A DNA stretch of 64,000 nt, taken from Carpediemonas membranifera BICM. Lineage: Eukaryota; Protista; Fornicata. The notes under the pieces are model-generated. The model did not search any database and was not told the origin of the DNA. It saw nothing but the letters and a program-made list of their open reading frames with translations. Location of the stretch: assembly GCA_019828565.1 (NCBI GenBank), contig JAHDYR010000067.1, positions 170,723-234,722 of the forward strand. Reading direction: 5' to 3'. Made by a program: the position numbers and the translations under genes. Positions 21,261 through 33,363 of the stretch are shown piece by piece. Within the stretch, counting starts at the first letter, position 1; every line of letters starts with the position of its first letter.

Positions 21261-24200
21261 TTACAACCCTTCCGACTTGGCCTGAGCAGACGACAAGAAG
21301 TCATCCAGAGCAGCAGCGTCTCTAAGGGAGCGGTATGGCTCCCAGGTAGCCTCGGAGTCTTCAAATCCTTGCCAATGGACAAGGTACTCTCTCTTTGAGA
21401 CCGAGCCCGTGCCACGCGACTTGGATATCCGGTCGATATACCACTCCTCCACGCCGGCGGCCGCCACCTGCTTGATCTGTTCCTCTGATAGGGTGCCGGG
21501 GACGAACTTTCTGACGCGAGACGCATCGACCCGGATGGGTTCCGCTCCGGGCTGACCTAAGTCTTTCACCATGTAGGCTACTACAACACCGCTCTGCTTG
21601 ACAGACGACACTCGTCGCATAGGCCCTCTCCAGCCCGGGGAAAGCTTGTTTGGAGGGCGCGAGGGATATTTCACGAGCACAAACCGTGACAAGATCTCCG
21701 TGCGGGTGGTGGAGGCCTTCGCCAACGCGTCTTCGCGCATGGCCAGGACACGTGCCTTGGCCAATTGTGTAGCGGCTTCGGCAGCGAGGAGATGCGACGT
21801 ACGAGCTGCTGCCGTGCTGTTCTCGGTAACGTATAACTTCTCCGGCACCGCCATGTTGCTCCCCGAACAGTATCTCGGCGGGGGGAAAGGCGTGTTGGTT
21901 GTCTTGGCATGGAATTGACAATAAACTGCGCAACCGGTAAATGCTGACGCCAATTGCCGTTTCTGAGCTCAAACTTCCTTGCCTTGAGCACTCTCTCGAC
22001 CATCTGGTTAGCTCTCTCAACCATTCCGTTGGACTGAGGGTGATGCGCGGTGGTAACGTGTGTCTCGAACCCCATGTCCTGTGCCAGCTTCTTCATGAGA
22101 GCGTTATTGAACTCGGGACCTCCGTCAGACTGCAGCACTCGTGGGCAACCGTAACGCAGCACCCATGTGTTGACGAAGGCATCCACGGCATCGCGTGCGG
22201 TGGTAGACTTGACGGGGGCTAGCTCCGTCCACCTGGAACACATGTCTATCATGACTTGGACGTATTTGTAGCCGTCACGCTCCGGGAGCGGACCTAGAGT
22301 ATCGATTGCCACCCGCTGGAACGGTGCATCCACAGCCGTGTGTAGACCGTCTGTTTTTTCAACAGGCGGTCTCTCCAAGACCTGGCAGACAGGGCACTTG
22401 GCGACGTAGTCGTAAACGTCACGGCGAGTAACTGAAACACCGGCTTCCCGCAAACGTTCCATGGTTAACCGTCCGGAGAGGTGGGCGTTACCGAACAGGT
22501 GGGCTTTGCTGATCTCATCAACTGACGCTAGCGAGAATACGCGCGACAGACCGTCGGCTCCCCCGTTGTCTAAACCGGCCACGTGCTTCAATTCGAAATC
22601 TAGGTCTGCAATAGAATCGGCCCATCTACGCACCTTAGCGTTACTCGACCTATACATGTACAAGAGGTTGCGATGGTCGGTCAGGAGCTCGAATCTCTCC
22701 CAGGACAAGAACTTCCTCCACTTCTGAAGGGCTGACACAATCGCAAAGGCTTCCTTCTCGCCGACACTCCATCTGGATTGGACGTCTGTGAAGGCTTTGG
22801 ACATATAACACACGGGGCGACCCTCCTGCAGGAGGACAGCCCCATACCCCACGTCGGATGCGTCAGTCATCACGACATGAGGTTTGGTCGCGTCGAACAT
22901 CGCCAAAGAATCTGCCGAGCACAAGGCTTCTTTGATATCCGCTAGGGCAGCCTCTAGCTCTTTCTCTGGCACGGCCGTACGGTTAGTCGTTGCAGACACG
23001 AGTGGTTTGGCGCGGGTCGCGTAGTTCGGTACGAAGTCGCGGAAGTAGTTAAAGAATCCGACTAGACCTTGCATCCCCTTGACTGTAGGCGACAGCTTCA
23101 TGTCTTGGATATCGTTGACTCTCTCTGGTGAGATCCTGACTGACCCCTCGGAGATGATCCAGCCGAGGAACTCCACCTCGGCCCGACCGAACTGACACTT
23201 GTCCCTTCCGAGCTGGAGCTTGTACTCACGGGCGCGCTGGAGGACCTTCCTCAGGTTCTCGATGTATTCCTCTGGCGTGGCACCCATGACGATCACGTCG
23301 TCGATGTAAATGATGCAGGCGGTCCCAAGTAGCCCTCTGAACGCGTTTTCCATCGCTCTCTGAAAGAAAGCACCGGCATTGCGAAGCCCAAAGGGCATCC
23401 GTGTATATTGGAACTGGCCGAAGGTAGTCCTGAACGCGGTATACTTCCGGCAACGCTCAGTAAGGGCGATCTGGTGGTAGCCGGCAGACAGATCGAGCGT
23501 TGCGAACACTCGCTTACCCGAAAGTTGTGTGATAACTTCGTCAATTCGAGGGATGGGGTAATCAAATGGCTCTGTCATGGTGTTGACTTCACGAAAGTCG
23601 ACGACAAAGCGAGTCTTGCCACCCTTCTTGGGTACGATGATAGTTGGGCTGGAATAGGCCGATTGACACGCCTGTATATACCTCTTGGCCAGAAGGGTAT
23701 CGATGTGTTCCTTGACAACCGGGACCTTTGGGGGCGGAACATAGTAGGGACGTACGTGGACGACTCGATCGCCCTTGAGGCATAGGTCGTAGGGCTCGAG
23801 CTTGCTCGGTTCAGTACGGTCACGGAAGAGGTCTTCGTACTCCTTGAGCAGCTTGATCTGCTGGCTCGCGATACCATCGGGGAGGGTAAGAGCCTTAGCT
23901 TCAAACTTGCTCGGGACGGGAGGATCGTCAGTTGCTTCGCTCTCCGAGTTGCTAGGCTGGGCCATTGAGGGCAGCAGTCCGATCTCTACCATCTGGCTGT
24001 AACCAAAACTGACTTCGTACGCAGTTTTGAGAACGAAAGCGCGGATCTTCAGCTCGCAGCCACGTGGCGTGAAGAGAGATGGCCTCAACGTGATCTGCAC
24101 CGATACGGTGCCTTCAGCTTCTCGTATTCCACCTGCCGTTTGGATGCGTACAGTATCGTGGTTGATCCTGGTAACGGCTGGCGAGGAGCACAGATCGGGA

Positions 24201-24448
24201 GATATCGTGGCACAGTCAGCACCAGAGTCTAGTAAGACCTTCACTTCGGCCTTCTCGATGACTCCATTGACTACAGGCAACGACCCTCCACCTGACGCAG
24301 CGGAAAATAAACACTTCGCCCCGTTTACTGGGGACTTAAAACGACAGAACTTCTCGAGGTGACCCTGCTTCTTGCAAACCGGGCATGTGGCACGATCCCG
24401 CGGGCACTTGAAGGATGGATGGCCCGTCTCGCCGCAGTTGTAGCACAC
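21261..24448 (-). CDS. B1 NC-PR-RT-RH-IN-chromodomain polyprotein
   Basis: Two CCHC knuckles, LDSGA, YIDD, TDASD, integrase DDE, YLVHWQGF..TWEP; indels near 21860-21885. Confidence 0.95.
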
Positions 24449-25305
24449 CAGCTCGCGCTTGCCCTCTCCTCGTTGGTTCGGGGGCTCTTGCGGCTGGCTT
24501 ATCCTGATGATGAGGCTTGGCGATTGGCTTGGGGGCGGGATGGGTGGGTTCGTGGTGAAGACCGCGATGGGGTTTGCCCGACTTAGCCTTGGTTGACGAC
24601 TGCTTGTCGGTCATTCCGATGGAACGCAGCATGGCACGGGATTCCTCGATATCGCGAGCGATATCAATCACCCGCGGCATAGCCAGTTCGAGGGAGAAAG
24701 CCTTCGGTGAGATCCTTAACCTTGTACTGAACGCGCGAATTATCGGGTAGCTTAAAGCAACGCGCGTAGGTGTCGCAGAGGATCTCAGAGTCTACCCCGG
24801 GATCAACAAGGGAGAGGAGGGTTCTGAACCGTCGGTTCACTCGAACCACCTCCTGCGGAGTAAAGGACGAGATGGAGAGACGGAACAAGTCGAGACGGGC
24901 AGAAAAACGGGACGGTTGCAGTGCTCTACCGAGCCGCTTGAGGACGCGGTCGTCTTTAGCGAGACGCTTGGCCTTGCGCTTACGCTTGTGCGTCTTTCGG
25001 ACAGCTGCGGTTAGGATGAGGGACTGCTGGAGGGGTTGCTCGTCGTCTTTAGGCGTTCCGGCTACTGGTGAACCTTCATCGTTCACGGGGACAGAGGCCT
25101 CAGCCGAGGGGATGGCTTCAGAGGCCTTGGCGAAGAGGTTAAAGCCGAGAGCGTCAGCGTACCGTTGGACTTCGGTGTCAATCATGTCGGCAACGTCGGC
25201 ATCACCGCCTTTGGCTCGGTACTCGGACAAATCCTCGGCGAATCGGACTAACGACTCAATGGTCGTCTTCTTTAGCATAGGCATATTGTTATAGAGCGTC
25301 ATCAA
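24336..25305 (-). CDS. B1 gag
   Basis: First ORF after the 5' LTR; matches 59206-60174 apart from one indel near 24697. Confidence 0.85.
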
Positions 25306-25448
25306 AACGTGGAATACTAGTATTGTGGTTCGTTTGACGAACTATGTTTACAAGAGGAGAAGACTCGACACAATGGTGTCGAGGAGAAACTCCTTGACTA
25401 ACTAATATCATATATAAATCTGTGTAATCTTGGGTGAGACCCATGACA

Positions 25449-25963
25449 GCGCCAGTGATAGCCGCTAGGGCTCGGGTCTGTTTTTGCAAGACCGAGGGCC
25501 CTAGGCCCTTTACGAAGCACTTCCCCGCGTAGCGAGAGAAGTTGTCGCCGGGAGTACTGTCCTCAGGTAGATCTTGGAGTAGGTCGTCATCGTCTGCCAG
25601 CTTATCGAAGAGTTGGAGGCGGGTACGCACGGTGGCGGCGTGTTGGCGGGTGATGCTGAGGAGCGCGTGAGGGCCCGGGGTTGCTGTAGGGGCCTTTAGG
25701 GCGGCTAGGTCCTTCGTCAGTTGTAGGACGTCATCAGGCATAAGGCGCTGCTCCACCCAGGCGATGAACGCGTCCAACTTGATGGTAGCGGGGTCATGGT
25801 CATCCGCTTGTAGCTCTAAACGCGTTGACGGGGAAAGGAGGATGCTTAAGGGGAGTTTCTTGTGAGTGTCGAGGAATATTGTGGCTTTGGCCTTGAAGTC
25901 TTGGAGGGACTCAAAGGTAGCTGTTTCGGTATCGATTGACGGAGTTTCAAACGTCAGGGACAT
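25449..25963 (-). CDS. Element A gag N-terminus
   Basis: ATG 21 nt after the 5' LTR; continues in frame at 19406 once B1 is removed. Confidence 0.9.
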
Positions 25964-26047
25964 CGCAATGACTAGTATTAATACTGTGAAGCGAACTGTT
26001 TATAGGTAAACCGTCTAAAGGTAAAAATGGTCTAAACTACCGTGACA

Positions 26048-26417
26048 ATAGGCCATACATAAGGTTTGTAGGTCTTCGGCGATCTCCGAATCAGGAATCT
26101 GGATCGATGAAACCCCTTCTGCCACGTCCTCAGCGGTGTTCGTATCAAGATACTTGCTTGGGAAGGGGAAATCCTCTGCGGTATCCTTCTCGTCCGCCTT
26201 CAGTACAATATGTAGACCCTCATCGGTCAATAGACCGAGGCTTCTCAACGTGGCGCAGCCTATTAGTATCTTCTCGCGGCCACTTGGCAGCACCAGGAAA
26301 GTCTGTTCGAAGCGCACCTCCCTGTCTCCAACCTGGGGTAGCGTCACGGTCACAGTCAGGGTTTTGGTTACCTTGACCAGGGCGTTGCTCGCAGTTCTAA
26401 TAAACCTACGCGTGTAG
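26048..26417 (-). pseudogene. Ty3/gypsy protease-linker fragment G, the target of element A
   Basis: ILIGCATLRSLGL; joins across A to about 15610-15647 as LCMAYEDVFDPQLP. Confidence 0.8.
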
Positions 26418-26564
26418 TTCTCTTCTATAGCTTATCGCTGGTGAGCTTAGACACATTGGCATTCACTTTCACGTTCATCCAGGGGAAAATCCAAGTGATC
26501 ACTGTGGTGGAATCCTTGTGTCTTTATAGTGCGAATTCTACAAACTAATCAACATCATAACACA

Positions 26565-27054
26565 GGCCTAGCGCTTGGGGCTGCCGCTGACCCACGCCAC
26601 CTAACCGGGGTAGACTCCAGAGACTCGGCGACTTTCCCCGCCTTCGGGTTGGTCACTTAACAGGGCCGCAGGGGGCACGGATCAGAGGCAACTAGAAAGA
26701 TGAGAGAGTGTTGTGACTGAACGACCCTACAGGGACCGCAGGGAATCAGGGACTGCTATAGAGAGGCCTTGCAGGACGAACCTGCCTGTCACGGGCTCCG
26801 AGGACAGACCCCCAGACTCCCTGGACAGTTGCCGGACTCCCAGGGAGGCAGGAAAGCAGAGATGCACGGAGAAGGCCGAAGGGCCTCTGGGGCGATTGGA
26901 ATCACCTGTCAGCAGACGCAGTAGGTAGGAATGAGCGCTGCTGACTAGCTCAGGACAGGGATTAGGCCGTGCCCCGGAGCACTCAGCTCCAGGATAATGG
27001 GAAAGCAAGCTCAGTCCGGGGCCTGATACCAGGCAAACGTAAATTTCTTTCTTT
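26565..27054 (+). mobile_element. SINE-like copy of the LINE 3' region
   Basis: Collinear similarity to 50240-50751; ends in a (CTTT)n tail. Confidence 0.75.
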
Positions 27055-27637
27055 ACGAACCGACTTCTTGCTGGTAGACTCCTCCCGCTTAGCCTCCCCG
27101 GCCTTTCCCTTATCACGCCAGCGAGTCCTCTGGCTCATGGTCGAGTCACCTCTCTTCTTGGTGAGGGCAAAGAGCTCCTCCCGCTGTCGTATAGTCGCAG
27201 GGAGGCGGTGGAGATCGTCTTTCTCGTATGAAGCGAACTCCTTTGCAAATGCATCACGTAAAACTCTCGCGTTCTTGCCTTCATCGCTGTATGAATAGAT
27301 CTGCGTCTTATCCAGCTCATCGGCCTTCTCAATTGCCCCCTGAAGCCACTTGAGCTTGTACTTGAGGCCTTTTGCCCCGGCTGATGCCATCAACGTGCTC
27401 TCCGTAGCCAGCAGAAGGTTCAACAAGGAGGTAAAAAGTCTGCGCTCTCGTTGCTGTGTTCTGGCCATAATCAGGCAGTGCCGTAGGGATTGCGGCCTCA
27501 TCTAGGCCCACTGTGCCCGCTTCACGGGCGGTCATTCGTGCCGCGGCGGCGCTCGCATTTTTCACGATCGCCGCGCCGCCCTCATCGCTAAGGCCCAATG
27601 CAAAGGCCTGCGCTAGCTCAAGAATGTTGTTCGACAT
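27055..27637 (-). pseudogene. Frameshifted hypothetical gene, truncated by the SINE-like insertion
   Basis: Overlapping ORFs 27329-27637 and 26983-27501 with protein-like composition. Confidence 0.35.
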
Positions 27638-27857
27638 TTTTAAAGGCGAAATCGGAAGGCGTTGGTTGTTCTGCCTCGGGGCAGGTGCCGCGGGCCACCG
27701 CCTGCGACTGCGCCGCAGTCACTAAACTCAGGTCTCCATATCCAAGCTCGATCCACTGGTGCGCGAGATGGTCGAGTACCCACCGGATTGGACGGTCTCG
27801 AAGCATGATCACACTGGGCCCGAGTGCAGAGTGGATGGTACAGAAGCTCGCACAACG

Positions 27858-30752
27858 TCAGCGATGCCAACGGTTTTGATTATCACTCAACTCCGCCAAG
27901 CTGAGCCGGTCCTCCTCGTCTGGCCCAGCTCCATCGCCCACACCCAACACCTCTTCTCCCCCACTCTCAGCCCCCGACTCGACTCCAGAGTCAGGGTCGG
28001 AGTCGTCGGAGTCCCAGCCGACAGCAATTTCGACGCCCTCCAACAACACGCCGACTGACGCAATAAGTCCAGCGGCGGTGGCATCAGAGTGGATGGGAAC
28101 CAGGCTTCCTTCGATCTTGGCCACCAGGCTGTCGACTGCCTTGGCAGTCATCTTCTTGACCGTGATGTGCTGGAGAAGGTTCTGGAGAGATTGGATCAGA
28201 GCTTGACCGACAGGCTCCTTCATCTTCTTCTGGAGGGCGACGGTGACCATCTTCTGAACCGCATTCCAAACAAATTCGAACGAATCTGCCAATTCCAAGG
28301 TGATCTTCTCGATCAAAAGAAGTGGAACCACAGCGAAGGCGCTGACCTTGTGGATGCCCATCATGATATGCCCAAGGGAGGCGCACACGTCGCAGCAATG
28401 GTCTGCTTGCAGCGTGTCATGCTCGGCCTGGTTGATCGTGACGTCGAGGAACTGCCGGAGAACGACGCTCTTGATGACTCCGCGGTCAGTCTCGCTGAAG
28501 CTGGTGGATCTCAGCAAGGCGAGCACTGCCTGGCGGGCCACAGGTCCCAGTGGGTTATGCTCGCCGCACGAGAGATGGACGAGCAGAAGACTGTTGGTAA
28601 GACGCGCGAATAGACCGCTACGGTCGGTCAGGGGCCTGTAGTCTGGCGGCACGGCCCGGGATAGGATGAGCGTCGTCACTGCTGAGATGAAGTGCTGTCT
28701 GTTGCCGTCGACCTTGGAGCCCTCAGTCGTGCCGGGGAGGCTGAGGGGTGACACAACTGACTGCCAGAAACGGAAGGTGAACTTATACTGGGGGTCGAAA
28801 ACATCGTGATCGGCCTCATCGATGAGAGAATGGAAGTCGTCAAGACCAATCTTGACCACAAGGTCTAAAAGTGCCCGATAGGCGACGATCTGCTGTTTCT
28901 CTTCCCGTCCATTGGCAGCAACCTCCATAATCGACCGGACGATGTCCTTCTTACGGTAGTCTATGTCGACGACGGCCAGGCCGCAGAGCAGCTTGAAGGC
29001 CTCAACCCCACCCCGGCCGTGGGCTGCGATCATCGCCTGGCATTGCTCCAGAATGGGCCTGGCGCTGTACAGGGTGGCCTCGCTGTTCTCCACCGGGAAT
29101 GACCGGATGACCTTCCAGGCGACGTATGCGGCCTCCAAGGTGGAGTCCGGCGTGTTGAACTCTGTGGCTCTGGCGGCGTAGTGGGCGAGGAGGGCGTTGA
29201 GCAGCTGCCATAGCTCGGAGTCCCCGTCCGGACTCGGGAAGAGTCGGCCGAGGGCCCGCATGACGGCCCTGATGTCTGTCCGGCACCCGTCCCTCACCAT
29301 GACTCCGGCAACCCGAGCCACGCGATGCTGGACCGCTGGGTCTGGTAGCATGCCCCACAGGGTGACTGCTATGTCGATGCTCACTAGCAGCAGCTGCTTG
29401 ATGGTTGTCGCGGCGGCCTTATGCTCGTCGGGGTTGTCGAGCCGCATGAGAAGCGCTTCCATGTAGCTGAGCATCGTCTCCGCATCGAGGTCGTCATCAG
29501 GGTCGAGTGCCCAACCCCGACAGTCGAGCAGACCCTTACGTTGCGCCAGTGTGATCGAGATCTGGATGAGCACGAGGACTAGGCGATCGTGCAGTTTAGC
29601 ACCCTGCGTACACGCCCGAATCCCCAGAGCTGCGCCAGAAGTCAGGGTAGTCACGGCTCTCTGGTCAGCGGTGGAGAATGCTGCGAGAACAGCCCAGCTC
29701 GGGTCAGATTCATTCAATTTCGCGGGATCTGAAGGAGATACAATCTGGCACCACCGTTCCACGGCGGCGCGGTCAGGGTTTCTGTTCTTAGTGGAGGCGT
29801 TGGCATGCTGGTGTGTCAGCTCAATGATGGCAACGATTGCTTCCCTCGCCTTGTCCTGCACCCTCTGTTCCTGGTCGTTGAGGGCCGCGTGGAGGAATGC
29901 CGTGAACGCCTCCGGTGTGACCTGGGGTCTGTCGTGCTGGAGTGAGGCGGGGTAGAGCTTCAGTCTGACCATGACGTCGATGGCCTCGGCCCGCACCTTG
30001 GGGTTGGGGTGTCCGATGGCGCCAAAGACAGTGGACACGAGGGCTTTGGATGCCTTGTCAGAGTCGGCAATGTCCTCTGGGTCGTCCGACTCTGGCGATG
30101 GCCAGAAGAGGCAGCTGAGCACTCTCTTGCACACGCCGTCCGCCTGGTCGTGCCGGAGGAGACGGCAGAGTGTGTGGACGTCAGCGTTGGAGGCAAAGGA
30201 AGCGAATAGGAAGACTGCCTCCTCTCTGACGACGGGGGAGATGTCCCTGAAGCAGGCGTGGGCAGTGTTGTAGATCTCGTTGGTGGCCTCCTCCACACTT
30301 TCGTCCATTTCTTCGAGTTCAACTAGTTCAGTGACGATAGCTGAAAGCGTCTTGAAGGCTGCCGTGCGCACAGAGGCGGCGTAGCGATCGGTGTAGCGGA
30401 GGAGATAAGCAACGGTGACCGTGAGGAGGTCTGCACAGGAGATACAGGCGATGCTGACGAGCTTGATGCATCGTTGCATCGCCTTGTTCACAGATTTGCT
30501 TGCGAGAATGTGCTTGAGGCACTGGCAGTACGGCTTCACCTTGCTTTCGTCGAAAGAGCTACTAGAAGCTCCCATCTCCGCCAAAAGCAGATCTCTGGCC
30601 TTAATGATGTTCTGGTTCGTCTCTGCCTGTCTAAAAGCTTCACAGATTCCGTGGATTCGATGTTCGTCGTGCACCATCAGAATTTTGATGGTTTTTGGCT
30701 CGGCGACTTCCTGGCGACTTGACCATCGAGGGCAAGCCCCATGTCTCGCCAA
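27858..30752 (-). CDS. Condensin subunit CAP-G/Ycg1-like HEAT-repeat protein (start uncertain)
   Basis: About 960 aa; HEAT motifs D..ASVRTAA, RDISPVVREEAV and RHDQADGV; acidic tail. Confidence 0.65.
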   Translation of the reverse strand: MARHGACPRWSSRQEVAEPKTIKILMVHDEHRIHGICEAFRQAETNQNIIKARDLLLAEMGASSSSFDESKVKPYCQCLKHILASKSVNKAMQRCIKLVSIACISCADLLTVTVAYLLRYTDRYAASVRTAAFKTLSAIVTELVELEEMDESVEEATNEIYNTAHACFRDISPVVREEAVFLFASFASNADVHTLCRLLRHDQADGVCKRVLSCLFWPSPESDDPEDIADSDKASKALVSTVFGAIGHPNPKVRAEAIDVMVRLKLYPASLQHDRPQVTPEAFTAFLHAALNDQEQRVQDKAREAIVAIIELTHQHANASTKNRNPDRAAVERWCQIVSPSDPAKLNESDPSWAVLAAFSTADQRAVTTLTSGAALGIRACTQGAKLHDRLVLVLIQISITLAQRKGLLDCRGWALDPDDDLDAETMLSYMEALLMRLDNPDEHKAAATTIKQLLLVSIDIAVTLWGMLPDPAVQHRVARVAGVMVRDGCRTDIRAVMRALGRLFPSPDGDSELWQLLNALLAHYAARATEFNTPDSTLEAAYVAWKVIRSFPVENSEATLYSARPILEQCQAMIAAHGRGGVEAFKLLCGLAVVDIDYRKKDIVRSIMEVAANGREEKQQIVAYRALLDLVVKIGLDDFHSLIDEADHDVFDPQYKFTFRFWQSVVSPLSLPGTTEGSKVDGNRQHFISAVTTLILSRAVPPDYRPLTDRSGLFARLTNSLLLVHLSCGEHNPLGPVARQAVLALLRSTSFSETDRGVIKSVVLRQFLDVTINQAEHDTLQADHCCDVCASLGHIMMGIHKVSAFAVVPLLLIEKITLELADSFEFVWNAVQKMVTVALQKKMKEPVGQALIQSLQNLLQHITVKKMTAKAVDSLVAKIEGSLVPIHSDATAAGLIASVGVLLEGVEIAVGWDSDDSDPDSGVESGAESGGEEVLGVGDGAGPDEEDRLSLAELSDNQNRWHR

Positions 30753-30798
30753 ATTCCAATGCGAGAGCTACTCTATGTATGTTTACAACACTCCCGGC

Positions 30799-31890
30799 TT
30801 AACCCCCGTTAACGTCAAACTCCATGGCCCCAATGTCGATGGACCCGTCAAAGTCCGTCTCAACGCCAACAGACAGGTCAAGGTGGTTCGCCCCAACCTT
30901 CCCGTCCACCGCGTGCTTCAGGCTCTGGGCGGCCGTGGGTGTGACACGGCCCGACCCGTCCTCGCTCCAGCTATCCTCAGCCGCGAGCACGGGCGCCCGC
31001 TTCCGCCTCAAACCTGGACGTTGCGGTCCTCTTATGAGAGCATACACGGTCGGCGCAGTCAGAAGGAAGAATATCAGCGTGTTGAAGAATATGTTGGACC
31101 AGGCATGGAAGGGGAGCAACGCGGGCCTGTAGCGGAGAACGCCCCACCACATGACATTGCCCGCTATGTTATAGCTGATGCATGCGAAAGCTAGGAGGAT
31201 TAGGGTGCGAGTCTCGAGCAAGTCATGGACCTGGATTCGCCGACTCGTCAAGAGCAGCAGGATAAGCATGAGGAGCAGGGCGATGAGGACGATGATGTTA
31301 TATGTAGTCCAGAGAATATCACATAAAGTCATCATAGCGGGGACCGGGATGAACCCAAATGGGACTAGCGAGATGGTCGGGGTCATCAGGAGGAGGACAC
31401 GCCGGGTCATCCACCAGGAAGCCCGCACCTTGTGCTGGAAGGGGGAAACGCGACGGATTGAGAGGGGGACGAGGGAGAACTCGAGCGTCTTGTGGTATAG
31501 GCACCAGACACGCCACATGCGGACAATGATGGGGACTAGGGCGAGTGCAGAGCCCGTGACGTTGAACGTCATCTGCGTGAATCCGTGCTGGAGGGATGTG
31601 TACAGCGTCAGCGCAACGGACCCGTCGTTCTCAAGGTTGAAGGATGTGCTGGTGTAGAGGTAGATCTGCTGCGTCATAATGATGGAACTAAAGCCCACAA
31701 TGCTAAATATTTCTAAGCTAACCGCCTTGTAGAGCGCTACAGCTGTTTTGCGCTTCACTAGGAGGAAAATTATGGTTGGCAGGAAGATACCGAAGACGAT
31801 CAAGCATGCTACAGCCGTCGTCGCTAAACGCACTGGAAGAGAGATACAGAACGCACAAACACTGTCCCATACGCTCTCTACAGCATCCAT
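30799..31890 (-). CDS. Multi-pass (about 7 TM) membrane protein, class C GPCR-like
   Basis: Several hydrophobic helices; IIVRMWRVWCLY resembles the class C TM3 end. Confidence 0.6.
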   Translation of the reverse strand: MDAVESVWDSVCAFCISLPVRLATTAVACLIVFGIFLPTIIFLLVKRKTAVALYKAVSLEIFSIVGFSSIIMTQQIYLYTSTSFNLENDGSVALTLYTSLQHGFTQMTFNVTGSALALVPIIVRMWRVWCLYHKTLEFSLVPLSIRRVSPFQHKVRASWWMTRRVLLLMTPTISLVPFGFIPVPAMMTLCDILWTTYNIIVLIALLLMLILLLLTSRRIQVHDLLETRTLILLAFACISYNIAGNVMWWGVLRYRPALLPFHAWSNIFFNTLIFFLLTAPTVYALIRGPQRPGLRRKRAPVLAAEDSWSEDGSGRVTPTAAQSLKHAVDGKVGANHLDLSVGVETDFDGSIDIGAMEFDVNGG

Positions 31891-32211
31891 CTTGCTTTGT
31901 CACGCTACCGGGAAATCCAGCTTCGGATGCTGAATTGGACAGTTTAAGACCCGCCAAATCTTTAGACTCAAGTATTCTTATCCTGCGTGGCACATAAATC
32001 TCACCATATATGCAAGCTTATGAGTGGCTCAGACTTTCACATCAGTCAGCACCCGCTTTGGGCCGACAGCCATCCTTTGGTCAAGCCGACTCTCTCCCGG
32101 TCGACAGCAGTCGACGGGAACAGGACATCACTCCAAGTATCTCATAAACCACCAAATACACCCAAAACCCCAAACAGACCAGCCCTAGTCTAATGTTTAT
32201 GATGTGGTCTG

Positions 32212-32847
32212 TCACCGCTGGATGTGTCCGCTGGTGAGGACGCTGCCAATAACGGGCGGGACCACAAAGGGCTGGTTAGTCACCACCCCGCTGCTCTTAT
32301 CCTGTACAGGGTCTGCCACTCTCATTAGCGCGTGTTGTTGCTGCAAAAGCTCGGTGATCCCGATTTGTACAACTTTCAGAAACGCCAATGCCCTATTAAA
32401 CGTTGGCGAGAGTGGTGTCTCCTTCGTTGCCATGTCGTGGAGCTCCATTTCTTTCCGCGAGAGCTCGTTCAGTCTCATTTGAATGGGGTCCATTGAATGA
32501 TCGTCAATCAGCCCGACGAGCTGGGGGACGAGGGCCGGCGGGTGGTGGCGGGCCATTACCGGTACAGGAGCGCCTGTGAAGCCGGACTCGAGCCTGGCCC
32601 GCTTCCCATCGGCGTGCCGCACCTCGCATTTCCGCGCATGTGTTAGCAATTGCTGATGTGATGTGCCAGGAGAGAAATATCTGCCGCATCGCCGGCATTC
32701 TTTCACGTGATCGGCAACCTTCTTCTCTCCAGCGCGAGACCAGATCTTATCGAGGCGATCAATGGTCTCAGGCTTCATTTTCCCGGTAAAGCCTCCAATA
32801 TTGCGCTTTTCTGACCACGAATGAGTAAGAAGTCGCAAGATAAACAA
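32212..32847 (-). CDS. BED-type zinc finger protein
   Basis: IW...CRRC...GTS...LLTHARKC. Confidence 0.6.
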   Translation of the reverse strand: MFILRLLTHSWSEKRNIGGFTGKMKPETIDRLDKIWSRAGEKKVADHVKECRRCGRYFSPGTSHQQLLTHARKCEVRHADGKRARLESGFTGAPVPVMARHHPPALVPQLVGLIDDHSMDPIQMRLNELSRKEMELHDMATKETPLSPTFNRALAFLKVVQIGITELLQQQHALMRVADPVQDKSSGVVTNQPFVVPPVIGSVLTSGHIQR

Positions 32848-33202
32848 ACATGAAGAATAAAGAACTCTCTTACAGTTTCCATTGCGTCAAGAAGGTGCTT
32901 TCGTTGTTTGGTCAAAACGATTTACACGTATACATACCTCTCATTGTACCGGTCCACACCGGTCCAAGTCTGTCCAACGCCGGCCAGCCTATAGGCCGGG
33001 GGCGGAGCTGCCACTAACGCTGGCGAAACGACGATATTTATTTGGTCAAAACTGACAATTCATAATAACCGCCGAACACCGACGACTCACACGACTCATG
33101 GGCCTCTGACGACAACCAGGACCGAGGTCAACCCTGAGACCGAGGATGAGGCCCCATGGGACAGCCACGCAGCCCTGTTCCGGCGCTTCACCATGGCGGT
33201 GG

Positions 33203-33284
33203 TGTGGTCTCCGAGAGATATTTACTAGTCGACACAAGGGTGTCGTCTTTATTAAACACTTGAACTTTTGCCTTCTAGACAACA
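33203..33284. mobile_element. Solo LTR (82 bp)
   Basis: TG..CA ends, GTGG duplicated on both sides, CGACAC-N4-GTGTCG hairpin. Confidence 0.85.
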
Positions 33285-33291
33285 GTGGATC

Positions 33292-33363
33292 TGTAGGCAG
33301 GTTACCTGGGGAAAACGATTTACAGCATAAACATGCACCTTGACTATTGAGGACTGGGTCACA
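33292..33363 (-). mobile_element. Probable orphan 3' LTR (72 bp)
   Basis: TG..CA ends; preceded on the minus strand by the purine tract GGGGAGGGGGTAG. Confidence 0.55.

Larger units (their letters stand above)
19407..25448 (-). mobile_element. Ty3/gypsy chromovirus-like element B1, nested in the gag of A
   Basis: Identical 125-bp LTRs at 19407-19531 and 25324-25448, TSD GCGC; removing B1 restores the A frame (ITGATSFED). Confidence 0.97.
15648..26047 (-). mobile_element. Ty3/gypsy element A (full length, interrupted by element B1)
   Basis: Identical 63-bp TG..CA LTRs at 15648-15710 and 25985-26047, TSD ATAG, purine tract next to the 3' LTR. Confidence 0.95.

Noticed and set aside
25974-26047. 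Tf1-style self-priming from LTR sequence
   Set aside because: By eye, no complement of the PBS-position sequence was found inside the LTRs; not tested computationally.
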